A stretch of DNA of 63,429 nucleotides, filler included, from Sphacelaria rigidula (Eukaryota): the NCBI GenBank assembly GCA_964200075.2. It is 6 parts of 6 records of this genome, joined end to end, with 100 filler letters (N's around TTAATTAATTAA, not from the genome) between each part and the next. Parts side by side here need not be neighbours in the genome. Positions count along the whole stretch, not along the records: positions 21,179 to 31,666 come from CAXNAA020006409.1; positions 31,767 to 42,254 come from CAXNAA020006410.1; 4 more parts are not named here. One strand, 5' to 3'. The notes under the pieces were generated by a model. The model saw nothing but the letters and a program-made list of their open reading frames with translations. It had not been told where the DNA came from and ran no database searches. This document shows, piece after piece, positions 24,739-38,097 of the stretch. Positions within the stretch are counted from its first letter, which is position 1, and every line of letters begins with the position of its first letter. The translations under genes were made by a program, and so were the position numbers.

Positions 24739-25171
24739 TTGAGTCCTGGAAACAGAACACTCGACTGCTTGATGAGTATTTGGGCAGCGTGGTCAAGTTT
24801 TATGTTCGCCGCTCCAATATCGATACCCGCAAGACGCGTGGCATACGAATTAAACTCGGAGTAAATTACACCAACTTGTCTTCGCCGGCCTGTCCACCAG
24901 ACAAAGCACCGCCACGCGAGTGATTGCAGAGGCAGAGTGCACGGTCCAGATGAGATCAGTGATCTCTTCGTCGCCTATCCGCGACAAAACGCTGACGCTT
25001 TGGACGCAAGCATCCATCTCATGCAACAAGTTCGTTTTGACTCCTGTTTTCTCCCCTGCACCATGCAGTAGCTCTTCAAAAACTTCTCAATCGTATATTT
25101 AATCCCCCCAACTTGGACCGGCGAAAACCCGGCGAGCTACGTCTCGGCTTCATAGGGGCGGACCCCCCTAT

Positions 25172-25690
25172 GGGGTTGGCGTCGGTTGGGGATAACAACG
25201 TAAAACAGGCCACTCGCTGCATCAGCTAGGCAACCAGTATACCGCCTTTTTTTGCGCGATTGAATTTTTTTTGCGGTAACCATAATGGTGGTCGAGCTAG
25301 ATCATAGTGTGCGAGGTGGGGGAGCCTCAACTGCGCGTTAAGGGGATGATTGCTTTACGTAGTGTTTAAATCGTGACACACCCATGAGGCAGCGTATAAG
25401 CCGTGACTATCACTGGAAGTGGCGATACCAGAAAATAAAGCAACTCCTTGTAGGCTTTCATCCAAATGCAAGATCATCAGTAGGCTTCGGGCCGACCGAA
25501 TCTTAGCAGGGTGCAGCTCGCTTTTCATATGACTCGCCGAGCACACCACGGCGCTTCGCGCTTAATGATTGATCGCGACCCTGGTCCGAAGGAAACCCGC
25601 TGTGCTCCGTCGCGGCTTTGTAGGGATGCGAGGTCAATGGTCAGATAACTATGGCATATGCAAATTCATGAGTACACCCCCGCCCCCGTC
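25172..25690 (+). mobile_element. Family C SINE-like copy
   Basis: Collinear with 16587-17035 from GGGTTGGCGTCGGTTG to ATGAGTACACCCC. Confidence 0.85.
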
Positions 25691-28479
25691 TTCCGCAGGG
25701 AAGTCCGTAATTTCAAAGGATCACATCTACCCCGTTACTCGCCTGACGTATCGTGGGCATTGGATCGGCATTCCCACCATTTGTCGACGTCCCTGGATTT
25801 TACTCTTGATAATGTACTCACGCATTTTGACGACGGCAAACGAGATAAAACATTGCTGTCGGGACTTGAACACACGAAATAAAGGAAAACTGGGCGCTGA
25901 TGATCTCGAACTCACCGGGAAAATCAAAACGATTGTTCCTGCCGTGGTAACCACGGTAATGACTCTTCAAATCGAGACAGCAAAAATTGGGCGGGGGGAA
26001 AGCCTAGTTGGGTCGCTTCTCGTCGGTATGAAAAAGCACTTTCGGCGCTTTACGTTGTGGTTTTTCTGAAGCGAGGGAGGGGTGGATGTTGCTAAGTTCA
26101 AATGAGTATTTGACTCTCTTGAGAGGTTCGAGCGCACGTTGCCGATTTTCATGTGGGCACTTAGACTTTGGACGGAAAAAACGATGACGCGCCTAAGTGA
26201 GCGCTTAGACGGATGTTTCTCATACACCCCAAGAAGCAGCCGTAAGGAGAAGGGATCAACGGGAGGGCAGGGCGATACAACAGATCCGATAACGGCTCGC
26301 ACGGGGTGCGAACTCTGACCAATACCAGAGTATGAAAGCGTGGAGAAGGTGCGCAATTAATATTGAGTCCAAGACCACTATTTATGGGTACAAGAAAGGA
26401 TTTTTTCTCGCATTTGTTATTTAATCTGTTGAAATAACATCACTCTTGAATTGTGCACGTTGCGGGCGCAAGAGGCACTCTTTCTTGAGCTGGCGAGTTG
26501 CGTATACCCAAACAAAAAACAAGGCTAGCGTTGGTCTACCCTTACCAGCCATCAGCTTTTCGGAGCCTGGGGCTCCCATAGCACTGGATCCAAATATTTA
26601 AAGTGACCACTGCTGCTAGGTTAGGTTTTGCCGCGGGTGATAAACTAAGCACATCGAAACAGGACGAGCGACCAAGGGGCTAAGCGACCAAAATCTAACG
26701 CCTCTCTTTCGGGAAAGCGCGCCCAGGTACCATGGGATGACCAGTTTGGTTGGCAATAACACGATCAACACCTTGTCTCATTGGCCCTTCGGGTCTTGGA
26801 GGGTGAAATGACTTGTCCGTAGACTACCATTGTCTCTGATTCTTTCAATACTTGATCACGGTGAACAACTTCTCATAAACCCCGGGCCTCCTCCGGTCGC
26901 TTCAGTTTTTTAGAGGGCGGAATCGTCAACACACGTAGAACGGAGTGAGCAGCCGAGGGGAAAAGAGGCTGCGTTCACGCCACGACCGAGAGACGAAGCA
27001 GTAAACCACAGAGGCCACGACTCCTGCGTACCACCTTCAGGCACGACTGGCAGCAAGCAGGGTGATCGGGGAAACATGCCACCAGCAAACCACCGTACAG
27101 AGAAAAGTAAAAATGTGCAACACATGGGTATGGCTGACACATTTCTCCGCTTCGTTGTTGTTTGCCCGGGATTATTTTGGATCAATACCCCCAACAAAAA
27201 CACGTTGATGCTACCCTGACATTGCGTGGTGAGTCAGGTCTATCGGTGACAGGTTAGCACACGTCATTCATCATGATAGCGAAGCATCGGCTGGACTACG
27301 GGACTGTCAGCCTTTGTGCTTGTTCAATCTATTCCGAACGTGGATGATGACAGCAGAATCCAAGAAGCCGACATCAAGCAGTACAACAGTAACGACACAC
27401 AGGGTACACGAGACGCTTTACCCTGACTGGTGACACCTTGGTGCCTCTTGATACTGTACCCTATATGCTGTACGCTGTGAACTGAGCCAATATAGCGACA
27501 CTTCAAGAAACGCATCCTGCTACCCTTTTGTTATGAACATGTCAACCATGCATATACCATGCACCATGCCATAGACTACACAATCAAGGCATGCGCGTAC
27601 ACTGTGCGCTCCATATACCCTATTGCTCGCGGCTAGAAGCCGATGTCACTTTTAGCAAGCATGAGCATTTCCAGCCTAAACCCAAAATAGGGTTTTGGTT
27701 GACTTCCCTGATGGCTCAGTGGGTGTCGAAGCACAGCATAGCACAGCGGAGCATTCCGTGGATCATCTACAAGTCGGGAGATATCACGAAGTGCACACCA
27801 GATCTTGTGGCGGGTTTCAAGTTCGGAGCGTGAGACGCTTGCTCGTATGTTATTACTCCCGTGCACCTAATGGTGAAAGACGTGAGTGTGTGTTAGGGAC
27901 CATGAGGCAAACGCAGCGAATGACAATATGGAACTGGTACCATCGAAGGTAAAGAACGGTGTGGGCTGGGATGGACAACCCGTGAGCTTACTTCCTGGTT
28001 GTCAAATATTTCAGCAGTTGCAGTGGACAATTGGAGTGGATAACAGCGCGAGTCGATTTGTGTTGCCTGACAAGGCCACGTGGCGGCGTCGCGCTGACGG
28101 CCTCCTACGGCTAGTGGAGGGGCTCGTCGGAGGCGCCGCCAGACGCGAGAAAAACACGCTATTTGGCTTCATATCTCCTTCAAGTCGCGAATTTTCGCCA
28201 GTACGTTATGGCACTTCGATCAAACAATCGGTACAAAGAAAAACGTACGAGGACAATTTCTATATATATTCTTCAATAAAGGGAACGCACCACGCTCCCC
28301 GCGCCCCGCGTGTTATCAATGCCCGGAAAGGCTTCACAAACTAGTGCGAGAGAGCGGCATGATTCGTAACAGCAGTGCACGTAACGATTTTGGGTAGCCG
28401 GCCGACTGTATACTTCTGAACATATCCTCCTCTCCGGAGAATGCTTGGGATGGAAACCACACAAGCTGAGCTAGCCTAG

Positions 28480-29745
28480 GAGCGGGTATCTTTTTTGCAG
28501 GCCAATTCTCATTTCCATTCTCATTTCATTTTGAGGGTTGGGCTTTCAAATTTGGTACGGGGAATCAACAGGGTACAACAAAACAATAGAAATTAGGACG
28601 CTGAAATTTTCTTCATCTTTCATAAGTTGAGGGCAAAAAACAACATCCGATTTTCACTGAGAAGTACGGAAGGCCCACTTTTATGACTGTCACCAAATCT
28701 CGATTTTTTCGAGCATTGGGGGGGAAAAAATGCTCCAAAAAATCGGGGAACGCATTTCGTGGACACCGGTTTGGACCAAATCGGAGGCGAAAAATTCGGG
28801 GAGTCACAATCTCGGCAGGTTTCCCCCGAATTTTCGAAAAATCGGGGAAAGTCGTTCCGAGATCATGACTCCCCGATTAGTTTGAAGTACGTACGTGCAT
28901 TGACGTACAATAGTGAGGTACGAGGCGTTTGATATTTTTGCAACGGCAGCGGAAGACAGTCTCGTGACAGCGCAGGGCGTGCCTACTGCCCGCGTCAGCT
29001 GCTGAAGCAACTTCGAACAGGATTTGACAAGCGGATAATAAATGCTGAAGCCGTACCCTGCGGCGAGGGTAGTATTTTATGCTGCGCTGCGCTGCCATAT
29101 GTATCACTGTAACGAGAGCTAGTGTACTCTCGTGGTTGTTGTCGCTTTACTTGAGGGGTGATGTATGGTATTGCATTACTGAACTCTGCTCGCGTACTGT
29201 TTGTTCTCTGTTCTCGCAATGCCGACTGTGCCATCATACGCGACCACACGGCATTATCATGTACTGTACTGATGAAGTGTCCTGCACTGTATTACCCTAT
29301 TATAGGGTACGAAGGTACGACACTGTTCTCAAAGCATTGTTGACCGCCTGCCTTCTCTGCGGCTTCATGCACGAGTACGCAGTGCCAGGCTCATGCAAAA
29401 AATGACCGTCTGTGCACGAGTCTGTGGTACTGTGCTATCTATACCATATAACGATCCCCTCGATTTTTAGCACGCGAATTTGAGTTCTCCCGATTTTTTC
29501 AAAATCGAGATTAGAAAAAATCAAGATTCGTTGCCATAAAATTTTGTTCAAGTCATGAGAAAAAAAACAAAGAATTTCAACTTCCCCAAGCTTCTCGTTT
29601 CATCATGCCCTAGCGATTCTTAATACCAATTTCGAAAGTTCTAGTCTCAAAATTGAGGAGAAAACGAGCGATTTAGAACCCGGGCCGGTCGAGATTTGGA
29701 ACAGTATTTGTAGGCCATTACCAGCTGAGTTTCGATACCTGTGCT
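28480..29745. mobile_element. Old non-autonomous DNA transposon/foldback element with long diverged TIRs
   Basis: ~28490-28800 is a diverged reverse complement of ~29455-29745 (e.g. TTTTGAGGGTTGGGCTTTCAAATTTGGTA vs revcomp TTTTGAGACTAGAACTTTCGAAATTGGTA; AATCTCGATTTT and AAAAATCGGG motifs). The ends are approximate. Confidence 0.5.
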
Positions 29746-31666
29746 TTAAAATTCTGAGTGGGAAGGAGTGCATAATAAAAAAAAAGAGAGGACGTTATAG
29801 TATATTCAAGACCATTTGTTCACGAGAACGTCCTCAACTCACCAAAAAAAAGAAGGCCCACGTTCTTTTTCCAGTATGGCCTCGCGATTTCAAACAACAT
29901 TACTGAAAAATTAAAAGTAAACAACGTTTTTATTTACTAAAACGTCCCCAAGACATGTTTCTTTTCATCCGAAGGGGTTCAAGATTTTTTCTACTGTGCC
30001 CTACTCATGTTCGTCAGCTGTCAGTACCTTGGGAATGACTATTGGAGCATCATCATAACGCATGAAGAATATTTCGTAGTACCACATGTGTGGGGATTAT
30101 AATTGGCGAGCTATAAATGAAAACGGCCATTCATCCAGCTAGACCACTTAATTGAAACTGACCGCTTAATCTGGCAGCCAATTCACAACTTTGATCGCAG
30201 ACGAAGATTTATGCAACCCGGGTTATAGGCCACAAGTGACGACTTGCGTAATAAATACGAGGGGGCAGACGTCACCCCGTGCGTGTTAATTTTGGAAGAA
30301 GCTGCCCTCATCACACCGGGATGACATATTTTGTAAGTGTTTTGGTCTGTCCTCCCTCCACGACCACAGGAACGTTCAAGCTATCCTAACATATTTTGTT
30401 TTTATACTGAGCCAGCTTGGCCAGGGCATCGGAGGAAACAATTGGACAATTGCGGAAGGGTGACTCACGAAAGTGAGAGTTGTTGGACCAACTGCCTGGT
30501 CGTAGCGAGACACCTCTTTTCGTTTTTGGCATGAAAACACTGAGCCATCATGACCCGAGAACTGGAGGGAACGACTGCACACTTCCGAGAGGCTTACCTG
30601 AAAACTCGACATGTCTTGGACAACAGCCTGGTCGCTAGCGACGCACCTGCATATTACAACATCGACCTCATCATTGCAATCCCTTCATCACAAAAGTCGT
30701 TTTTTCTCCAATTGACGTCATACTTCATTGGAGGACCAAACTAGGCGGACACTCTGCTTGTTAACGCGTCACCAGTGACTTCATGCACGCATCTTCGTGA
30801 ACTCACCTATTTTCGGAGCTAAACCGCACGATGTTGTCGAGCACCTCCAGCTCGCCATAGTTTCCTCCTCCACAATTGACCCGATCCTTCGACAGTCGGA
30901 TATCGAGGTCAGACAAGAATTTTTCCACCTCTTCGGACGGCCACACGAGCAAACACGCGAATTAGCGATGGCATCAGTTGCTCCTTATCGTATTTCACAT
31001 CTCACGAAACTCTTGCTTACGAAGAAAGGCTCTGACAGTCGGATAGGACAGAGCGCTCAACTGCACCGTGGCGCCCTGTCTGTCCTGCCTACAACCTTTT
31101 CCCGCCCAGGCTTCGGAATTATCACTATACCTGGAGATTATCCTGATGCAAAATATGCGCCCACGCACATACCGGGCATCAGAACTATTCGCGTGTGAAC
31201 CACGACTAGCAGCACATTGCCGCCTCAGTGCAGCAAAACTGTTCGGCAGTGATCGCACCACCAGTACATGTGGTCATCACGAGGATTCATGTACGAAGAC
31301 GTCATTACAAGCACACCCCGCTAATGCCTGAAAAAAAAGCACGCACTCTACTCCTTCAATCATAGCAAAATGACGCTGCATGCCTTGTCGCCAAACTTTG
31401 TACCTTTGCACTATGCCTACATTTCGCCTATAAAAACAATTTTTCAAACCTCGCCAGACTGTCGGCGGAAACATCTCGGAATATTTACCATGGGCGCTCC
31501 GAAGGCCGCTGTTTTCTCTCTTTCGCCGGGGGTGAGGAATAGTTATTTTTGGTGAGCAGACAACGCGTAGACATGAAGTACGTTGCCATACATACGGAGG
31601 TCCGAACGGAACCATTCATGATGGAGCCGCTCCGGCTCTCCCCGCCGCGAACGAGCGCGGCGGGTG

Positions 31667-31766
31667 NNNNNNNNNNNNNNNNNNNNNNNNNNNNNNNNNN
31701 NNNNNNNNNNTTAATTAATTAANNNNNNNNNNNNNNNNNNNNNNNNNNNNNNNNNNNNNNNNNNNN
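31667..31766. other. Artificial contig linker
   Basis: N44-TTAATTAATTAA-N44. Confidence 0.98.
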
Positions 31767-31798
31767 GGTGGGGGGAAAAGGTGTGGGGGGGGGGGGGT

Positions 31799-31839
<41 letters not shown>

Positions 31840-33714
31840 GTTTTCCTTTTTCTTCCATGTGATTTGCTGTTCAAGTTCCGTTCACTGCATTTAAAAATAC
31901 TGCTGGGGGCGGGGGTAGCTACCGTCCCGATATTCCCTCTTCGTATGTAATGTATTTTGGAAAGGCATGTTCGTAGTGCCAAAATTAATTACAATCTATA
32001 CAAATATAGATATTCCAAGGTTATTCTTTTTAGTTCGCCTTGTCTGTTGTCACTTGATTTTTGTCGTCCAACACCATACTTTTGCCCTGGCTCCTATCAA
32101 ACCCTGAAATCGAAGCCCGGCGGGGAATGCTTGGGAAAGGTGGTGGTTTAGAGAGTAGTGCTCTGGGCAAAGTATGCGTTGGTGAAAGCTCGGGTCAGCC
32201 CTAGAAGAGAACGGGGATACTCATGATCGTGTATGCCGTCATGAGGCAATTGGCCTTGCATCCCTGCAAAGCCAGGGTGGAGCACGCTGGGTTTTCGCCG
32301 GACCAGGCTGGAGAGGGGGATGGGGGCGGGGGGATTTGGGCAAAAGTGTGTGGAGTGCACGTCGATGGCTTGTGGGGGACCTGCAATTTTTTTCAATTTG
32401 CCTGTTGAAATAGAGCGTCTTACCTCACTTTGTTCTCCGCTAGGTGATGGAACTGCAAAATATCAACATGTCAAGCGTGAATATTGTCTTGATTTGCGCG
32501 TAAGTAGTCGAAGATCTTCAAAAATATTAGCCTTTTTGGGGTGTTATTCGTTGAAATGAGATGTTCTAATTCTATACTTTTTTTTTTCAAGTGTGCCGTT
32601 GAATAGCTTAGTCTCGAAACCGAAGATCCACCTGCCGATGTCCACACATATTTGGAAGAAAAAAAACGCACCCTGGACACTGGCAGTAGACTACGTTGTC
32701 AACAAGTTTACTGCGTACAATGTGGAATCTTTTGTTTATTGCACATCCTGAACAGTATATGGTGGATAGTTGCTATGGACAAAGAAACATGCACTGCTGC
32801 GTTGAAGTATAGAACTATTGCAACTATCGCCGACTACACAAGAGATTCCAGACTGTACGCAGTACACTTTTTGACATAGGGGGTGTGAGAAACACGCGGG
32901 TGTCAACCGCGAACTTGTAGGTCCCACCCCCCCCCTCCCCCCCGGTTACAACCGACGTTTGCCGTTAGTGTTGCCAATGGGCAACTCTACACTTGTTGAA
33001 TCAAGAGCAGCATCAACGGACGGCTGGAAACATGATACACGACGGGAGACTCAGTGTGAAGACTCGACCCGCTCTCATTACCAGGAAGCGGGTACTCTAC
33101 GTACGAAACTTGACCGTTTGACCCCCCACGGTGGGTCATGATGCACGAACATTTTTTCTAGGTGAAGATGATGACGATTCAATAGATGATGACCTACTTA
33201 TCCTCCTGGTGTAGATGATGGACTACGCAAACTCGACGTTTTTATTGAAAAAAAGTGAAGTTGTTTCTTCACGACGAATTAAAAAACAAAAACAATTGAA
33301 GGCCGCGAGCTCTAGTATTTTAACCTCCCCCCGAAAGCATTAACAAACATTTATGGTGAACCATCCCCCATGATTTGAGACAACGGTCGGATTTCATGTG
33401 TTCTTGTAAACAGGCCGCGAGTAGCACCATTTATGATAGTAAACGTGAGGAAAAACCGCAACGAAATCAACTGAAAGTATGGGAGTCCTTCAAATCCCTC
33501 ATTTTAAATTTGGATAAACCCGTATCGAAGAGGGGGACATTCGTCTCCACCCTTCCGTACGGGTGTTTTCCAATCTCTTTTGACATACCCACCCTCCGTC
33601 CCTACTGTGCCTCATGCGACCAACCCTCCCCTCATCTTCCCACGTGACACATGTGGGCTTCTCACAACTGCGCTGTGACGATCACCGTCCTCAATGGCGG
33701 GACTAAAATTCCAG

Positions 33715-34928
33715 ACCCGAGATTGGCGCCGACGTGCGAATGGGACACGTGCGCTTCCCACGCCATTGTATCGGTGAGCAAGACCCCCTCGCTGCGTGTT
33801 ATGTGCGACCATGATAGTTTTTTGGTAACCCGCCTGCTCTCAACCGGAGGTGCCTTGTGCGTGTAGTACTCAGTTTTTTCATACACTGACTTGACGGAAT
33901 TTGACGTGGAGTGTACGGGAGTCAAGTCTTTCTGTTGTTGGGCAATCAGTACTGTACTGATGAAAGTCTACAGCAGCAGTGTTTATGGATTGTTTGTCTT
34001 GGCGGGCAGTACAAATTACTCACCGTAGTCGACCGAAAAAATCGACCGTATAATAGTAACATATCCCCCACTTTGAAAAAAAAAACATAATCAGTATGCT
34101 TCATGCCGACCAATCTGTAGCGATATGCAGCCCACCCTACATGCGACTCGCCGAATACATCACGGCGCTTGGCGCTTGGTGCTTGCGACCTGGTTTGGTG
34201 AAAACCCGGGGTGCTCCGTCCCGGCATGCGAGGTCAATGGTCTCACGACTAGGCATGTAATTCCATAATCCCCCCCCGCCCGGCGACCCGTCTCGCAAGG
34301 GAGGCGTGGTCGATGGCGAAACGGCTGAGGCAAGCAACACATGAGTACCCCATCCCCCCCCCCCCCGCCTTCCCCCGCGCGCGCTCCGCCCCTAAACTTG
34401 GATGAAACCATGGCATGTCTCTCGCAAAACCGAATTGCCTGGAAGTAGCGATAATAAAATATAAAGCAACTCGTTGTAGGCTGTCATCCAAATACAAAAT
34501 AATCAGTTGGCGTCGGGCTGAACAATCTTGGCAGGATGCAGCTAACCCTTCATGCGACTCGCCGGACACTCCACGACGCTTCGCGCTTGGTGGTTTGAGT
34601 GCAAGCCTGCTCCGGCGAAAACCTGGCGTGCTCCGTCCCGGCTTTGCAGTGATGCGAGGTCTATGGTCTCATGACTATGGCATGCATGAACATGAGTACA
34701 CCCCCCTCCCCCCCGCCTTCCCCCGCGCGCGCTCTGCCCCTAAACGTGGACGAAACCATGCCATTTCTCTCTCGAAACCGAATGGCCCAGGTGGCCGGCG
34801 GTCAGGTGTTACAACACGAGGGTGGGAAGGCGGGGGAGCCCGGTTCGGACGTGCGTTACAACAAGGAAGACCCTCTCAACCCGTTTTTCGTTGTTTACGG
34901 CACTAGGAAAGCGGCGCCTTCGCTGTGA
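33715..34928 (+). CDS. cysQ: CysQ-type 3'(2'),5'-bisphosphate nucleotidase (inositol monophosphatase family), last two exons
   Basis: Exon 33715-33773 (xPRLAPTCEWDTCASHAIVS) splices to 34791-34928 (VAGGQVLQHEGGKAGEPGSDVRYNKEDPLNPFFVVYG...stop). PRLxPTxEWDT..AGG..YNKE.LNPFF is the CysQ C-terminal signature. Confidence 0.85.
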
Positions 34929-36640
34929 AAATGATACGGTGGAAACTGCTGTATAGCTTATCGTGTGAGAAAAAGGGGGAGGTGTCCATGCCCTCGTTAT
35001 CGAGTGCTCAAAGGGTGGGAGAAGTACTGATTCGTCCGGAATTTTCTCGCTCTCTTTTGAGTGTACCTGAGTCGTACTATACGAATCACTTCAAATCCTT
35101 GGGCTTTGTTCTGAGTGTTTCACTCCAGGCACACACGCGGAATGGCTTCAAAAGTTGCGGAAATACTTCTTCTACGTCGCGGTCAAATGTTTTTCTTTGC
35201 TCTCTTTCGAGCAATCAGGTCGCAGAAATCGTAGATTTGGTGATTCGAACGAATAATGTAGCAATGATTCCTCCGACCCCTCGGAGTTCGTGTATGTTGT
35301 AAGCTGGAGCATACATCAGGTTGCCCTGGAGAGAGATGCCTCTCGTGCGCAACAGGTCAACCATGTAACAAGCTCATTGGTGACTTGGGAAAGCCTTGTG
35401 CTCTGTTTCGCTCTCTGTTTGTCCGTCGCTCTAGCTTTCTATCCGTCTGCGCGTTCATCATGTTGTCTCTGATCGGTTGGCATTTGATTGCAGTTCCTTG
35501 CTGTGCCTTGTATGCGGCGGGCGTGTCCGATGGTATCTCGAGTCAATCTGTACCTACCGCTGTTTCTCCTACGAGCCTGAGCTTGACAGGTGGTTGTACG
35601 ATGAGCATATTTTTTCATCACTGTTGTTGTATGTGCTGTGCCCTCGCTCTCGAAGATGCGAAGTGGTGTTTTTGGTCGAAAAATCGAGCAAGCTCTCGAA
35701 TTGGACAAGGACGGGCGGGGGGGGAGGACTTGACGGTGATCGGACGTATGATCGACGCGTGTGTCGTGTGTCGTTGATATCAGTACCCCCCCCCCCCCCC
35801 CCCCCGCCCCCAAGTCACCTCCTCCTTCCCGTTTCCCCGTTCTTTCTCCCCGCACAACTAAGAGTGTATTGTNNNNNNNNNNGGAGGGCTGGTCGGTGTT
35901 GGGGCTTTTGATGGGGGCGGGTGGCGTGGTTCCTTGATTTCAGTACCCCCCCCCCCCCCACGGTGTTTGAAGATGAACTTGTGTTCCAGTAGTGACAGAA
36001 TTTCCGCCCGGTTGACAGTGTAGTGTTCGATCGAGAGCGAGAGCTAAAAAAAAAGGAAACCCTCATTCATTCAGACTTTTGTTTTGGTATACTTCGCCGA
36101 GCCTATTGATTCATGCCCGAAACAGTTTCAGTTCCGAAAGGCCTCTCCAGGCCTTATACGAGGCCCACTTATATGCTTTATGTATAGTAGCTTGCTTTTG
36201 AGACCATTGATGTCCCCGAGTAGGTTATCGACGTGTAGCCAAATAATGAGCATGGAATGAAAAAAAATGGTCAAGCAAGTTGAAGCGAATAATAAAAAAA
36301 AAACCGCTCTCATATCAACGCTAGGCTCTCGATTTGGCGATGAAGTTATGCGTTGCAGTGTTTTTGAGACTAAGCGAAGGCAAGGGCAAAAGGGGGGCTC
36401 TAAAACATTCTCAGCAGTCTCACTTTCCTAACCTAGACACCCCACAGCGTCAACATATTTGACTACAAAGGCAAGTGCAAAGACGGGTTCCACAACATTT
36501 TTATTAGTCTCGCCTTCCTAACCTAGACGCCCCACAGCGTCAACATATTTCTACTGGGGGAATCGAGGATGCCCATCAAGGGTTAGGGCACCACCTGGGA
36601 GGGTGAGAAATTTTTCGGAAATTTATAATTTGGTCACTAA

Positions 36641-37110
36641 GGCCGGATGTTATGGCGAAAAGAATTTTGGCCCACGGATTGTCCACTTTTGTGGCGTTTG
36701 AGCTATTCTTTGATCCCCAAACAGGGAAAATCGCCAACACACGTCTTGGACACTTTGCATCACCCCACAGAGAGCCTAGCCCACTCTTCGCTTGGCTTCA
36801 AGGTTTCGAGAGCGGTCGCTGAACAATAATTCGTGTGCAACAAAGCTACAATCTCCACGAACTATTGGGCAAACTGGCGGGGGTCGGGAAGCACGGATTT
36901 TCGCACACGAATTTTTGTTCAGCGGGCGCTCTCGAAACCTTGGAGCCAAGCAAATCTGAAAAGTGGGCTAGGCTCCTCTCCGTGGGGTGATAAAAAGTGT
37001 CCAAGACGTGTCTTGGCGATTTTTCCTGTTTGGGGGATCAAAAAGGGGGTCAAGTATCCCAAAGGTGAACAAGCCGTGGGCCAAAATTCTGTTTGCCATA
37101 ACATCCAGCC
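36641..37110. mobile_element. PIF/Harbinger (Tourist-like) MITE, almost fully palindromic
   Basis: Termini GGCCGGATGTTATGGC...GCCATAACATCCAGCC. The arms ~36641-36840 and ~36900-37110 are reverse complements. TAA flanks both ends (36638-36640 and 37111-37113), the typical Harbinger TSD. Confidence 0.85.
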
Positions 37111-37965
37111 TAACCCTAACCCAAACCCTAACCCCAACAAAGGCACACCGAGAACGCTCGCGCAAGGGGGTGTGACATGTTCGTTAGCCAAAGTGTGCGC
37201 TGCCAGACCCTAGAAGCCGATTTCGAGAAAGACGCATTCTGCGCACGCTAGTAGCACGCTTGAAGCATAGCCTTTATTGAGACCCGGATTTCGCTGTCCA
37301 CACTAAAACCGAGTCGAACTAAAACCAACCACAGCATCCTCTCAAGTGGTGTAAACTATATCGGCCTATCGTGCGTGCACACCAGCAGCAGCTCCCGTGG
37401 CCAGGCAGCGGATGCCATATTATCACCACCGTACAACCAACGCAACACAAAAGCAAATGTCCTCGCTGGACTACATTTTGGTGGCGTGACATTTGATCAC
37501 GTAATATTTGGCCACGTGAGATTTGGTACGGTGAAGGTATGCGATACTTGCCCATAAGAACACACACACGCTTCTGTTGCACTCATCGCTGCACCATTTC
37601 AACTCGAACGGTTGCCGGAGACGTCCAAGGAACGCCTTCCGGCCTGGCTGAGGTCCCCATATGATAGTACTACTTAAAACCTGGCGTGAACTAAAGGACA
37701 AGTCTGGACAAGTCCCTCTGGTATGTGATTTCTTGCCGTCTCCCAATTATTCCTAACCTCCACTTGGAAGAATTAGCTTGCTGCTGTAGAGCAAAAAAAT
37801 CCAACCTGAAGACGTACCGTACTGTACTACTGATAGCTCCCTCGCAAGAGACAGGACACCACAGACGTGATTGAAATCTAAACGGAGCTAGCTCATCAAA
37901 ATATTGATTAAATAAACAAGCTCGCTACTTCCTGTAAGTCTATTAGATATATACTTAAATTTCTT

Positions 37966-38097
37966 CTACAGTTCCGAAGGAACATCTTGAAACATCTCCG
38001 AAAACGTGTCGAACTTCTTCTCCACCGAATCCAGCGCAGCGATGAAGGCGTCCACGTTCCTCTCTCGAGCAGGGCCGTCCGCAGCCTGTACCTCTTT
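37966..38097 (-). CDS. Terminal exon of an unidentified protein (helical, KEVQAADGPARERNVDAFIAALDSVEKKFDTFSEMFQDVPSEL*)
   Basis: Good acceptor TTCTTCGCACAG, 44 codons with GC3-rich usage ending in TAG. The upstream exons were not identified. Confidence 0.55.
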   Translation of the reverse strand, partial: KEVQAADGPARERNVDAFIAALDSVEKKFDTFSEMFQDVPSEL

